Positions 47,901 through 59,533 of a stretch of DNA of 59,548 nt are shown one piece after another. Origin of the DNA: Paraphysomonas bandaiensis. Taxonomy: Eukaryota; Protista; Chrysophyceae. Under the pieces are notes generated by a model. That model was not told the DNA's origin, did no database searches, and saw only the letters and a program-made list of their open reading frames with translations. Each line of letters begins with the position of its first letter. The stretch's first letter is position 1. Both the position numbers and the translations under genes were made by a program. Location of the stretch: NCBI GenBank assembly GCA_965644295.1, contig CBFFRP010000174.1:1-59548 (forward strand), in the 5' to 3' direction.

Positions 47901-48848
47901 TTTGGGTCCCAGGATTCTATCTATAAGAACCTTTTGGCCGCCCAGGGGAGAGACAATGATCCGTCTCATCAGCTGTTGAAAAGGCTGAACGATTACTTAG
48001 CTCTAGTTCGCCAGATATCAGCAGATTACCAGAAGTCTCTAGTTGAGAAACGAGCGGAAGCGGGTTTGGATCCTGCCAAACAAAACCAGTATTGTCCAGG
48101 CGATTTTGTTATGTTCGACGCTGGTGCTAAACCACATCCGAAATTATCCTCGAGGATGAAGGGTCCTTTCGAAGTGGTACGGCAATACAAGAATGATGTT
48201 CAAATTCGTAATATTCTTACCGGGGGAATTCGGGAATACTCTGTCTCTGATCTTGAGCCATTTTTCGGAGATAAGGAATCGGCTATTGAGGCGGCGATGC
48301 GAGACCATGAACAATTTAAGGTGGAGGAGATTCTTTCATATACGGGAGATTCACGAACTAAATCTACGATGGTCTTCAAGGTGAAGTATGCGGACGGCGA
48401 TATCTTGGACATTCCATGGACACCGGATATTCAGTGTGAGGCATATTACGATTTTTGTGAGTCTAGGCCTTACTTGCGACACCTCGCGTACGACTCGTTT
48501 ACTGCGAAGCGTTTTATTTCTTCAATGAGGAAAGAGAATATCACAACAGTGTCGGTTGGAGATACTGTTTATGTTGATCTCAGGTTCTACGGTGACCTGT
48601 GGTACGAGAGTCTTGGTTTACCGGATTATGCCACGGCTGCGTATGTCATGGAATTCACGTACACCCATTGGTATCACAAGAATTCCACACGCAAGATTAG
48701 CGCCCGTTTTAATCTCAACGGTTCCAACTATGCCTTCGACAACTATTTGGTCTACTGTTGGGGGTCCCAGAAGGATTTTGACCCTGCTCGCATGATTTTG
48801 GTTGATGCGTCGCTCGCTGCGGCTTATCCCAAAATTATTCAGGAGTAG
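44910..48848 (+). CDS. pol: Pol polyprotein: protease, RT, RNase H, integrase, chromodomain-like region, extra C-terminal domain
   Basis: LFDTGA; DIDLTNAFHQI; LPEGV; IFDN; TDASDYG/EKE/TDH/ADCLSR; H..GH..C..C; IDA..SDMG..E; GPF; FKVEEILSY..FKVKY. Confidence 0.96.
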   Translation: MCEANGSQDHEEILYGLNDPETVSRVFLRNLMNVCNTRERKDLTLAHSGGSIVCDDNYIISVRGILFDTGALTSNFISKDLFETFRNHVCENKVIKKETVIGFADKTSRMKCSFVVKLKLRFEREDSKGEFVLYDGDFIVADMGSNDIIIGLPAIVKDLWDYFLFMLKGRTIERIESEVSFIKGREDDVTEDDLLLNAVEELLQPWCDSSREVAPEELDVPDPSQFGFASSFLGKTREEALSEFEDMFGEHVSPEFSAARPVLELLRTKGVEVFVPERWEGIKGVDPLNIKFAENLPPRIKPKARPVNPRLYEDAEKEFRRLCGYIYVPSRSPWASCLVIAPKATKPFIRICGDYVQINKYIPSPHYTVPNVRHELDRIIGYKIFMDIDLTNAFHQIRLHENTSEKLSVQTPWGQFQPLFLPEGVSPGISVLQEAVVKLFGDLEWALCIFDNVLLLAHDFDDAYKKLEIFLDRCIEHGVVLKFAKTWLGFREIKFFGYLVRHNSFELTDDRKEALLKIPFPENGNRCKKIRSLLGLGVFFAPFVQNYSDLVKHLTDMTKSSFNWEETTWQHDYRQEFENYKSGLQQSCALFYPNYDLEWTLRTDASDYGVAGILFQTVEGTGSSPIQQQTIAICSKKLSEQALKWCTIEKEGFGIFYSVKKFSFYLRGKKFTIETDHNNLVWMEASEVAKIIRWRIYLQDFDFLIRHIPGKNNVVADCLSRLLYLSGFVDESDDFDSDEVNFVTLHNIFEKDDFEDDVQEIAPPTEVQRIDYYQAIKEVHNAQAGHWGAKETWKRLCRQFPGHGVPFKVVADFVDECINCQKNRRELKQRLIPITRHLKPPHSRSALGIDAVAITPVSKSGYTHIVVMVNLFTKLVYLYAVKGMTAINLATAVWKCWCTYGLTDMIISDMGPDLKSELFAELVKLSGLRHVFSIANRHVNGCERIIKEVVRHIRAICFDKRIEADAVLEDELLLATIMFILNTHESSETGYSAFELTFGSQDSIYKNLLAAQGRDNDPSHQLLKRLNDYLALVRQISADYQKSLVEKRAEAGLDPAKQNQYCPGDFVMFDAGAKPHPKLSSRMKGPFEVVRQYKNDVQIRNILTGGIREYSVSDLEPFFGDKESAIEAAMRDHEQFKVEEILSYTGDSRTKSTMVFKVKYADGDILDIPWTPDIQCEAYYDFCESRPYLRHLAYDSFTAKRFISSMRKENITTVSVGDTVYVDLRFYGDLWYESLGLPDYATAAYVMEFTYTHWYHKNSTRKISARFNLNGSNYAFDNYLVYCWGSQKDFDPARMILVDASLAAAYPKIIQE

Positions 48849-48859
48849 CTACGGCATCC

Positions 48860-48875
48860 GGGGGGGGAGAAAGGG
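48860..48875 (+). other. Polypurine tract
   Basis: GGGGGGGGAGAAAGGG, 3 nt before the 3' LTR. Confidence 0.92.
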
Positions 48876-48878
48876 TAA

Positions 48879-50070
48879 TGTAAAGCCGTGGGCTTTTATA
48901 ACACCCTTTAACACGTTTAATGACATCATCATAATAATATTGATAACTATATTAATGCAATAACGATATGATAACATAATATGTAGGGTATATGTAGCTT
49001 GTTTTGTATAAGATTGGTGACAACAAGAGATACAGATTATTATTACGAGGGCAAGACGACAGACAACTAGGATTTACCCTCGAACACACGTTTTCTTTGA
49101 TCTACGCGATTGCTACCCGTCGGTTTACGCCTATATCCATACGGTAGTTGGTGTCATAGCGTTTTGAGTTAGGAAGCATTGATTGGTACCGCATGTGCAA
49201 TATTCGTAGTCCATTCATCATTATGAGAAGCTTTCTGATGGTTTTGAACAGCTCTATGTGCTTGCTCATCGTTCCGGACTATGATATACGATTATTTTCC
49301 CATTGCCATACACCGTTGATTTTCTCCGGAATGGGGAGGAATTCGTAAGGTGCCATTGGACGCAGATGCAGAGGTGTCATGGGCATGTTAGTGATCTGAA
49401 TATGAGTGTATTTGTATGGTCCAGTCTAAAGTACACACTCTTGCAAGGAAATGATATTTAACCGTTCGATTGTAAGCTTTTGAACCCGATTGCATTTTGT
49501 CGGTATTATGCATGAGTTGGCGATTGTGTATTTCACGTTGTCATGAAATGTGCTTGCAATTTTTGTGGAATCGAATATTGTCATTTTTGGGTGTTTGTGG
49601 CTCGAAAATCGGCGATTTTCTGCAATTCTCAAAAAATTGGGGATTTTTGGGTTTTTGGACTCAAAAATCGGAGGTTTTTGGAAAGGACCTATTTAGGCGT
49701 ATTTCAGGGCGTTTTTGACTATAAACGATGTAGGATATGAATCGTATGTAGTGTAGTACATGTATGAGCATATTGTACGGTTGTGGTTGCATTCAATGTC
49801 CTGTGAATGAGGAGGAGTCTTTAGACAAGGGTTCTGTCTTTTGTTTTGCTTGTAACTTAGTTTTTAATAATAATTCTCTATGAAATTAACATAGTTGGTT
49901 GACTGATCTGTCTATTGGGAGCTTTAGATTGCAGGATACAGGGGAGCTTGTGTTTCTGGCTGTTGGTTTCTTAAAGAGTTATTATTATAGCTTTCTGTTT
50001 TGTTGTTTCGATAAACAACCATTTCATATCTTTTCAGTGATCTTAGGTTGCAAGACCTGAGTTGTTCATA
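48879..50070 (+). repeat. 3' LTR (1192 bp)
   Basis: Near-identical to the 5' LTR; one substitution seen (TTCTAAA vs TTCTCAA). Confidence 0.95.
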
Positions 50071-50454
50071 CAATAAAGGGATCATCCATAGCATTTCCAA
50101 ATCCAAGAAACACTTTACAGAAGAACCGCCATCTGAAATGAACTTCTTGCGGCAGTATGTTTGGTTGTAACCACCAATGTTAACTGTGAAGGAGTACTAA
50201 AAGCAAGAATAACATAAAAGCACCACAAATGTACCTGACACTGCTTGGAGAACAGTGCCAGAGCCTTGATATAATCTCAATGACCTGGGTCAGGAGAAAC
50301 CAAGACTAGGCAGTAGACGTGTGAGAAGACATGACAGGTCTAATCACATCATTGCCATTGCCATTGCCATGCATCCATGAGGAAAGTTTGACGCATTACC
50401 TCGGTCATTGGCCACACAGATACCGAATAATGTGAACTCATACTCAGCATCAAT

Positions 50455-51485
50455 CACTCAAAGCAAACGCAGGGAGCAAGCAGAATGTTGATATACCTGA
50501 CATCTGCTGACTTCAGGTGTTTTGAGTTCTTAAGGTGAACATCCCGGATGCTTAACTTCAGCAGGCAGCCCAATACCCCGGTTACCCTTCTGGTGGGCCC
50601 TGTCCCGGATGCCCTTGAGGTGGGCCCATTCCCGGATGCCTGTTTATTCGTCAGGGCCCAAAGACGTCTATACACAAGTGACACTTATTAGTGTCCCTTG
50701 TACCACACAAGCATTTGGCTATGAGTGGGCAGAACAATATATCTGCTGACTATATAATATGCGGCTCACGTTAGTTTCCCGGAGAAATATCTCCGGTACT
50801 TATCCCCCAGAACACCACGAAAAGGTGCGAGTCCGACTTTGTTGAGGGTGTCACTTGTGTAGACGTCTTTGGGCCCTGACGAATAAACAGGCATCCGGAA
50901 ATGGGCCCACCTCAAGGACATCCGGGACAGGGCCCACCTGAAGGGTAACCGGGGTATTGGGCTGCCTGCTGAAGTCAAGCATCCGGGATGTTCATCTTAA
51001 GAACTCAGAAAAAGTGTGTATTGATTAGTTACAGGTAGTGGTCTCTAACTAGTTTGTCTATCATTCATCTAGCTACTAAGTTGGTGCAGGTTTTTAACGC
51101 CTATTGCCAATAATAAGACTTTCAATATATATTTCTCCGGGAAACTATAACGTGATCCGCATAATATTATATTTTAGATAGTCAGCTTATTACGTTCTGA
51201 CCAGTCATTGTCACACCAGGTTTCGTCATACTCATTGCCATAATATGATTTTCTAGCATTCGGTTGTTTACCTTAAGGCCTCAAATATCAAGTCAGCAGA
51301 TGTCAGGTAATAATATCAATACTCTGCTTGCTCACTGCATTTGTTTTTGAGTAATATAGAGCAAAAGTGGTTGCACCTTGGTGCTTGCGGTGACGCACAA
51401 ACCGCTTTCGTAGCGCCAAATAGTAGGGTATCAGAGTTAAGCGCTGACTCTTAAACGCCTATAGCTAATAAGACATTCACTACTA
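50455..51485. mobile_element. Cluster of the structured repeat family: copy G (-), inverted copy H (+), tandem copy I (+)
   Basis: G 50455-50848; H from 50848 is the reverse complement of 50523-50684; I ~51125-51485. Confidence 0.88.
50762..50848 (-). ncRNA. Putative HDV-like ribozyme fold
   Basis: P2 CGG(A)CUCGC/GUGAGCCG, P3 ACC/GGU, L3 UUUUCGU, P4 CCGGAGA/UCUCCGG, J4/2 CUAA; P1 imperfect. Confidence 0.5.
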
Positions 51486-52281
51486 CTACTACAGTTTCAA
51501 CTGCTGTATTCTGATACTAACGGTCATAATTCGAATATCTAAAAATAAATCTCCTACTCACTTATAGGTAAAAACTCAAATCTTTTTCGCCAAATTAAAT
51601 ATAGGAAGTGTAAATTGTTCTGGTGACTATTAGTTATTTATTTTTCTACAATTTTATAATATGATAATATATTATCAATATGATGTGTAATAGACACATA
51701 CATCAAAATGAAAGCATTCTTTCACTAGACAAGTAATACCACGAACATACTGATTATAGATGCGTGTCCTGGAAAGTGGAAAGAGAATGATAATATTATC
51801 ACTTAAAAAATTAAGTTTGCCCATAACTGTTCACAGTTCGTACACTGATACAGGTATTTCAACTGCTCCCATAGACACGATCTTGTACAGTCAATATTCA
51901 ATATATATCAGTTTCAGTACTAGTGATTACCATATTACCATCATCTCAATGGTTCAAGTAATACTGTTAATCATTGCTGTATTCTTCAAGTAACGGTCGT
52001 ATTTCAAATACTTTTAAAACAGCAAAACTCAACAGTTATCTCAAGTAAAGAGTAAAGCCGGAGCAGGATATGGGATACCCCTCTTATCCTTCCGCTAATC
52101 GAATAGTTCACGTGCCATCTAATAAATTTACTATTATCAGATGTATTTCAACAAAAAATAATGATATAGGTTTAAGCAACAAAATAGATATGAAGCTATA
52201 TTAGTTATCTCATCTATTCAGCATGGATCGCACTCATTTTTATTCATTTAGAATCATTATTCATTAATTTGATTCCCAAAA

Positions 52282-54715
52282 CTACCCACTACGTTGCCGT
52301 TTCGTTCTCTTCGTTGATTTCTTTTCTTCTTCAGCACCTGCTGATTCCAACTGTTGGCGCTTTGTTTTAAGATTTTCAACTTGCTGCTTCTTTTGATCCA
52401 AACCATGATGCATTCTATCATATAAGCGCCTAGTCTTTTTGTTCATCATGATTTTCGACAATTGTGATTCGTCAGCCTGAGAGATATGGATAGTCAGCCA
52501 CAGTGATAAATATTGTATAAATAGAATTGAAATACATGAACAAGTACTGCTATATATATCAGGGTCATAACTACTACTTGAAACGTCGCCACAACTCAGT
52601 TGCTACGAGGCGAGATATAAACCACTATTAACATCTAGCACCTTGTACCAGAGCACCACTGGTTGACACAACAATATACCGCACAAATTACTTAAATGTC
52701 TTACCAGATCTGCATCACCAGCCTTATTGGTCTTCGATTTGTCAGACGGGTCATACACAACAGCGCGAGGACCTTTCTTCTGTAACGGATTCTTCATATC
52801 TTCATTGTCGCTACCCTCTGATTGTTCACTTAAATCACCTTCATCGCCACTACTTTCATTGTCATCTTCATCAGACACGTCTTCATCCTCACTAGATTCA
52901 TCAGAATCTGATTGTTGTTGCTTAGAAGCAGAAAATGACACACCACTTCTCTCCGCCTCAACTCCTGCTTCGTAGTCACTATCTTCGTCATCTTCCTCGC
53001 CTTGTTCAGTGGATATCGTAACACCTTGTTCAGAACTACGCATCTCAACAGAGCTCTTGAGTTTCTTGATTTCTTCGCGATATGCTGGTAGATAGCCCTC
53101 TTTCTCATCATCTACGAAGGGAGAGAGGTGAGGCGGGAGGGTGACTCCCGGGCGATAGCGACTGACTGGAAGCAAAATTCGGGCGTTGATGGAGTCAAAT
53201 ACCCACTGGGGTTGTATATATTCCCTGGTCGAATTCATCTCTATCCCTTGTACAGGGCGATCAACAATCTGATGTGTTATGCTTGCATCCTTGCAACTGA
53301 AAGGTGAGCCCTCCCCATCCCACCCTAGTGTGCCCCCGAAGCTGACAATACAGAGCTGAAGCCATTCCAGTGGTACTTCTCTGCACACAAAAAATCTCAA
53401 ACCCTTGAAAAGAGACGAACACTCATCAACAGCATTGTTACTGGCTTCTGACTCCTCGTGAAATGTGTGGCGGTCGGATTCATCGATGCCGTCACCACCA
53501 TTTTCTTCAGACATATCGCCGTGCAAATGAGAGAAGGCATCTGTGAGAGGTGCTGCCATGTCCACATCAGAATCATCTTCGTCATCAACCTGTGAACTAT
53601 CTGTCATCGCCGCTAGTTTTAATTCTAGCGTTTGTAATTTCTTTTTATCGTGTTTTGATTGCACAGTTACATCGGCACGACCGCCGTCACCAACTAATTG
53701 CTCAGTGTTGGTCGTAACTTCATTCTTCGGATTAGAAGAGCGCACTGCTAACAAAAATCCACCCGCATCAATGGCAGCACGGTCTTCAACAGGAGGATAT
53801 GACAGCTCTATAGTTGAGTAAAGTTTGAATAATACAAACTTCAAGAACACCTCATAGAAATCCAAGAACGTTAGCATGACTCGTACATCAACATCACTAG
53901 GGATCTTTTGAGCAAATGCATGAGGCTCGAGCCATGTGATAGGTTCCCCCATGACATCACATTGAAAGTACACTCCTTTAACTGATACAAAAACTTTTCG
54001 CAATGTTTTTGCTCGGGCTACATAGTACTGCCAGTGTCTTACGAGAGTCTGGCAAGTCGAAGTTCTCTCTGCCGTCACACGGCCAACAGAAGGTAGTGCT
54101 GCAAACAGATGAACCTGTAATAATCAAATCATTATTCGATAATACTCCCAAAAAATAACTAACCATGCAAAGAGCATCATCCATATCGCGGAGAGCATCA
54201 ATAAACCTTGGATATCTTTCTTTGACCAAGTGGTCGAGAATGAACTGTGGCTTCATCGCATTCTTGCGGCTGTAATATATGTCAACAAACACAGTGAAGT
54301 GCAAACGCAACCATACCGAGCTTCTTCTGGTTGGTTTCTACCGGCTGCATTGCGAATTTTTTTCATAAATGTTTTAAATTCGCGAAATTTTTGCAAGAGC
54401 GGCTCGTGAGCTAAATAGGACAAATCCTTGATATCATAGTAGACTTTGTCCGATCCCTTAGGAGCCTTTGTGGGCACACGTGGGAAAATTCCCTTCAGTA
54501 TACACAAGCGTCTACAGAAATAGAATAACCCAAACTCAGTTGTCAATAGCATCAATTTGTCACCTGAAATCCTTCAAACTAATTTGCAGTTTCTTGAGAG
54601 CAGTGGACCGCGTAACGAACTCTGTGCTGGGCCCCATTTGATCCTGTGTGTAACGAAAGCATTAACTTCACCGTGTAACGAAGATGTGATGTACCTTCTT
54701 GACTTTTTTGCCCAT
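52282..54715 (-). CDS. PES1: Pescadillo homologue (60S biogenesis, BRCT domain), multi-exon
   Basis: MGKKVKKV..; [12 protein letters not shown]; [23 protein letters not shown]; [13 protein letters not shown]; LPPHLSPFV; [15 protein letters not shown]. Confidence 0.96.
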
Positions 54716-56312
54716 ACGAGACAAACGTCTCTTCGAACTGAACTTTGAGGTAACATTCGCCTTAATGGATTTCTTTTTTGGCTTTCCGGCCGTTCGACCC
54801 TTAATTTTTGATCCCATAACTCACACAACTCTTGAGCAAACAACTATGAATTCTACTGCTCGATGGCTGTAAGAATTAAAGCAGCCAAGAACTAAGAAAG
54901 CTTCACTGATAAACTGCGAGTGATAAACTGCGTGTGAGAAGAGTTGGAATCAATTCCGCCCATACATTTTACCAGCCACTCATATAAGTGGACAATTGAT
55001 GATTATACTCAGCAGCAGCACATCAGTAAGACTTTTAGCCGAAATGGTTGATAAAAAACGAAAAATACAGACACGCTTACGAAAAATTGTTGTTTTTACA
55101 ATCATTGCGATTCTTGAAATCCCCAACTTTTATTTTCATTGTTTTTGTGATGCCGTAAAATTGAATTTCGAGTTTATTTGCAATATCTTTTCACAAAATC
55201 AGGGTTTTATGATTAATCATGAGAGGCAATCAGCATTAAGGATGCATAGACGACCTACAAACCTGGTAAATCGGGGCCCCCACAAACCAAAAAACAGTCC
55301 CATATGACCGTCAAAAAACCACCTTAACAAACACTAATTCCTTCAATAGCTACACACCCAATCAACTAACACACACAACGCCATGTCCCTCGTATGCACG
55401 AGTGTTCATATCATAAGGACACCTCTCCGCTCATCCATACTACTGCTGCTTTCAACCAGCAATATGAGGTGAACAACTGTGTCGGCAGTGTTCCTAGTGT
55501 CCATCCGCTGTGCTCCGTAAAGCCTTCACTTACACTTTACACTGGTAAGAATGGAGATAATTAGAGACATTGACTCTATGTGATTTGGTGTGTGTTTTCA
55601 TATGAAGGCTCGGGAATGTTAATACTCTGTCTATAATGTATATATTATATATATGGCCTCATAATAGCGGACTGATTCCTTATGCCATAGAGTGACTCTG
55701 GATAGAGAATCTACATCGAAGATTATTTACTCTCCTCCAATACAGCTTGAGTAATCTCTCTGGCTTGTTAAAAGTAACCTATTGGCGTATGTTTGTTTCG
55801 TTGCGTGCTCTTCGTGGAGTAGAGATATCACTCCACTATCGCCCTATAGGAATTGCCATTTGATCTCCCTGGCTTTTCCGGAACGCAACACCTCTCACGT
55901 TTGCTTGATGACTACGTACCATGTACAGTAGGTTCACGATGCAACTTGTATATATGTTCGTCCTGCCTTGTATAATATAGGTTCTTGATTGATTATGTAG
56001 CTTTTCCATGTGCCTCATGTATAATATCTAATTAAGTTAGTTTCATCCTGCCGTTGTTTGTATTTAGAAATCAAATATCTACGAATTGAAGAAGAAACAC
56101 ACCATATTCTACCATATTATTATTCCATTATTTGCTTCATGCTGCAACACGTGTATTACATTACATACCACTGAGAGTATTAACGTCCAATATAATGAAA
56201 AAGCAAATGATCATTAAGTTAAATAATAATTAGTCAATATCACAGGAAAGTAATCAACAAAACCGTAATGAACGTAAAATATAAAAAGATATTCCGAATG
56301 TTAAATCATAAG

Positions 56313-58211
56313 CTACCTCGTAATTGTTAGATTTGATAGTACATGATGCGCATCATTCACTTGTTTCATGCGAACTTCTTCCTTTTCTGTTCTCAAAGAT
56401 GTCTTAGCAGCTTGCTTTGCTTTCCTTTCAGCTACCTTTTCTGCCACGGATAATAAGGCCAACCGTTGCTTCTCTTTCTCTTTAGCAATGATATTGGCCG
56501 CCTTCTTGCGTCTTCTTTCTTCTTGTACTCTTACGGCTTTAGCACAGCGGTCCTCTTCTCTCATGAGCGTGAGCTCTGCTGCACGCCGTTTTCTTTCAGC
56601 AGGATCTCTTGAAGCCATTTCCTCCCGATACCTTGCAACAACGCTCTCGTGACTCACTATTTCAGACCAATGACGGATATGGGTCAGGTCGTCTCTGTTG
56701 ATACTCGTAAGTCCCGGTGATATACCCTGAGCAATCATCTCAGGGTAAGTAACAGTTCCACGAAGTTTTACAAATTCGGACAACGTCGGAACAGCACGTT
56801 TCATTAATTCCATTTGCTCTTCTGAGATGTCCGTGTAACACTGATACATCATTTTCTCAAAATCTACAGTGACACCGTTTTCATCAGGTGGGAAATCCTG
56901 ACCACAGCAAGCAAAGCCGGCAGCAACTACATTTCGAGTCATGACATTATCAAACGCATGACATAACACTAACAAGCCCTGCACATAGTTGTCTCGAAGG
57001 CCACATCCAAAAAGAACGGACGGATATGTAGACATGAATCGATCAAATGATGCTCGTATACCACTTTCCAGTTGCTTGTTTAATACCACCACGCCTTTGG
57101 AAAGGAATGATCGAATAAATCTAGTAACTCCACGAAATGTGTACTGACGATCACAAGCACTATGAATATCTGTTAGACCAGCACCCACCCGGCCATAGTC
57201 GGTCAGAACAGCATCGAACCATCCACGCACTTCATCCTCATAGGCATTCGATATAATAATATCTTCTCCATCCGTACTAAAAAAATTTCTCATTGGGGAT
57301 CCGTCAGCATTAACCGGTTTATGTAAGGCATTCGACTCCTTGATTGTCGGTATGACAACTCGGCTAAAATAGTCCTTCCACATTGCCTTGGTTCCACACC
57401 TTGTCCTACTGAAGTATATATATATCCCTTTGCATCAATGTGGTTGGATAAAGCTATAATCCTAATACCTCTTCGACGTGCCACTCTTCATCACTCATGC
57501 ATTTTAAAGCTAATATTACGACAAAGGGTGCTGTCTCGCCGGAAGCATTGATCATGTGCATGACTTTAATATAGCAAACGGGAGCCTATCAGAAGTGCTA
57601 CTTTTGGACTTGCCCTTTTGAGTTGCTTTCACTCGGACAGAGTCATCAGATATATATTCATACTCCTCTGTATGCATCAATCTAATTGTCTTTTTGTGAT
57701 ATTTACCACATGTCGCAGCGTAATCAAAGACAAAGGTCGATGCATCAGCATTCCACTTACAACAGGCCTGCAATGTAGCTGACAGAGTATAACAAATTAA
57801 ATATCACATATGACATCAGAGGACATTTACAGGCTTTTACGCTGGCATCCTTGCATGCCTGTTTTGTTCCAACATCTAGCTTAATCGACATTTTCAAAAT
57901 TTCACCAGGTTTAGAGCGCTTCTCCAGGTTTGTTCATCACATCAACTTTTGATGAACCCATTGGCCACCTCGTGAGATACTAACTTTCCATCGTCTTCAG
58001 GATGTATAATTCCTCGCTTCCTCTTATCAACGCGATCCTGCTCACTAATTAAATGTCGCAAGTTATTGTAGCTGCACTCATCCAAATTACTTCTCATCAC
58101 TGTCAATTCTTCTTTAATTGCTTTCAATTGACTGGGTTTGTATAACAACACCCGGTTTGATAACCAGGGTGTTGGCTCGTAAACAATAAAACTACAACAA
58201 CACCTACACTG
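56313..58211 (-). pseudogene. Frameshifted pogo/Tc1-mariner-superfamily (DDE_1-like) transposase, interrupted by an LTR element
   Basis: WNADAS (D at 57744-57746), STDGE (57270-57272), HSACD (57150-57152); NVVAAGFACCG; basic coiled-coil tail. Confidence 0.65.
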
Positions 58212-59533
58212 TATAAACAACTCAGGTCTTGCAACCTAAGATCACTGAAAAGATATGTGAAATGGTTGTTTGTCGAAACAACAAAACAGAAAACTATAAT
58301 AATAACTCTTTAAGAAACCAACAGCCAGAAATACAAGCTCCCCTGTATCCTGCAATCTAAAGCTCCCAATAGACAGATCAGTCAACCAACTATGTTAATT
58401 TCATAGAGAATTATTATTAAAACTAAAGTTACAAGCCAAACGAAAGACAGACCCCTAGTCACAAGACTCCTCCTCATACACAGGACATTGAATGCAACCA
58501 CAACCGTACAATATGCTCACACATGCACTACACCACATACGATTCATATCCTACATCGATTATAGTCAAAACGCCTTAAAATACGCCTCAATAGGTCTTT
58601 CCTCCAAAACCGCCGGTTTTCGAGTCCAAAAACCCAAAAAACCCCAATTTTAGATTGAGTCGCAAAAACCCAAGATCCCCAAGTCTGGAGTCTTGTATTT
58701 TCGAGACTTATATAAAACACCAATTTGAACTACAAAAAACTCAAAAATGGCAGTATTCGAATCACCAAAAAAATTGCGATCTCATTTCATGGCAATATAA
58801 TCTCATTCCAACCGTTAAATGCATAATACATATCAACTGTGCACAATATTCACAGAGAATGTTACACATTCATACTTGTACCAAATTATCCCCCATGCCA
58901 TCCTTACGCATCAGACCTAAGGGCTCTTATCAATTTGTGCACCGACCTGAGAAATTCTATGTTGAGTATCAGTGAGAAAATATTCGCATATCGGAGTCCA
59001 GAACGATGAGCAAGCACATAGAGCTGTTCAAAACCATCCAAAGACTTCTCATAATGATGAATGAACTACGAATATCGCACATGCGGTACCAATCAATGCT
59101 TCCTAACTCAAAACGCTATGACACCGACTACCGTATGGATATAGGCGTAAACAAACAGGTAGCAATCGCGTAGACCAATGAAAACGTGTGTTCGAGGGTA
59201 TAATCCTAGTAGTGAGGGTAAATCCTATTAGCCTCTGCTGTCTTGCTCTCCTAATAATAATCTGTCTTTTGTTGTCAATCTCATACAAAACCAGCTACAT
59301 ATACCCTACATATTATATTATGTTATCATATCGTTATTGCAATAATATAGTTATCAATATTATTATGATGATGTTGTCATAAAACGTGTAAAAGGGTGTT
59401 ATAAAAGCCCACGGCTTTACATTACCCTTTCTCCCCCCCCGGATGCCGTAGCTACTCCTGAATAATTTTGGGATAAGCCGCAGCGAGCGACGCATCAACC
59501 AAAATCATGCGAGCAAGGTCAAAATCCTTCTGG
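58212..59533 (-). mobile_element. Second copy of the LTR family: 3' LTR (58212-59421), PPT and pol C-terminus (59452-59533)
   Basis: Reverse complement of the first element's 3' end; 1210-bp LTR with a diverged middle. Confidence 0.93.

Larger units (their letters stand above)
42177..50070 (+). mobile_element. Full-length Ty3/Gypsy (chromovirus-like) LTR retrotransposon
   Basis: Two 1192-bp LTRs, CAAT on both flanks, PPT, gag followed by PR-RT-RH-IN-chromodomain. Confidence 0.97.

Noticed and set aside
50740-50848. IscB omega-RNA/HEARO resemblance on the + strand (CACGTTAG...CTTTGTTGAGGG)
   Set aside because: No GTCAAC-type 5' stem, no IscB/TnpB/Fanzor ORF in the window, and G-U pairs favour the opposite strand, where the HDV-like order fits better
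50860-50895. Hammerhead core CTGACGA in the repeat family
   Set aside because: Not followed by stem II and GAAA; the GAAAC..GTC elsewhere in the element lacks a correctly placed CUGANGA
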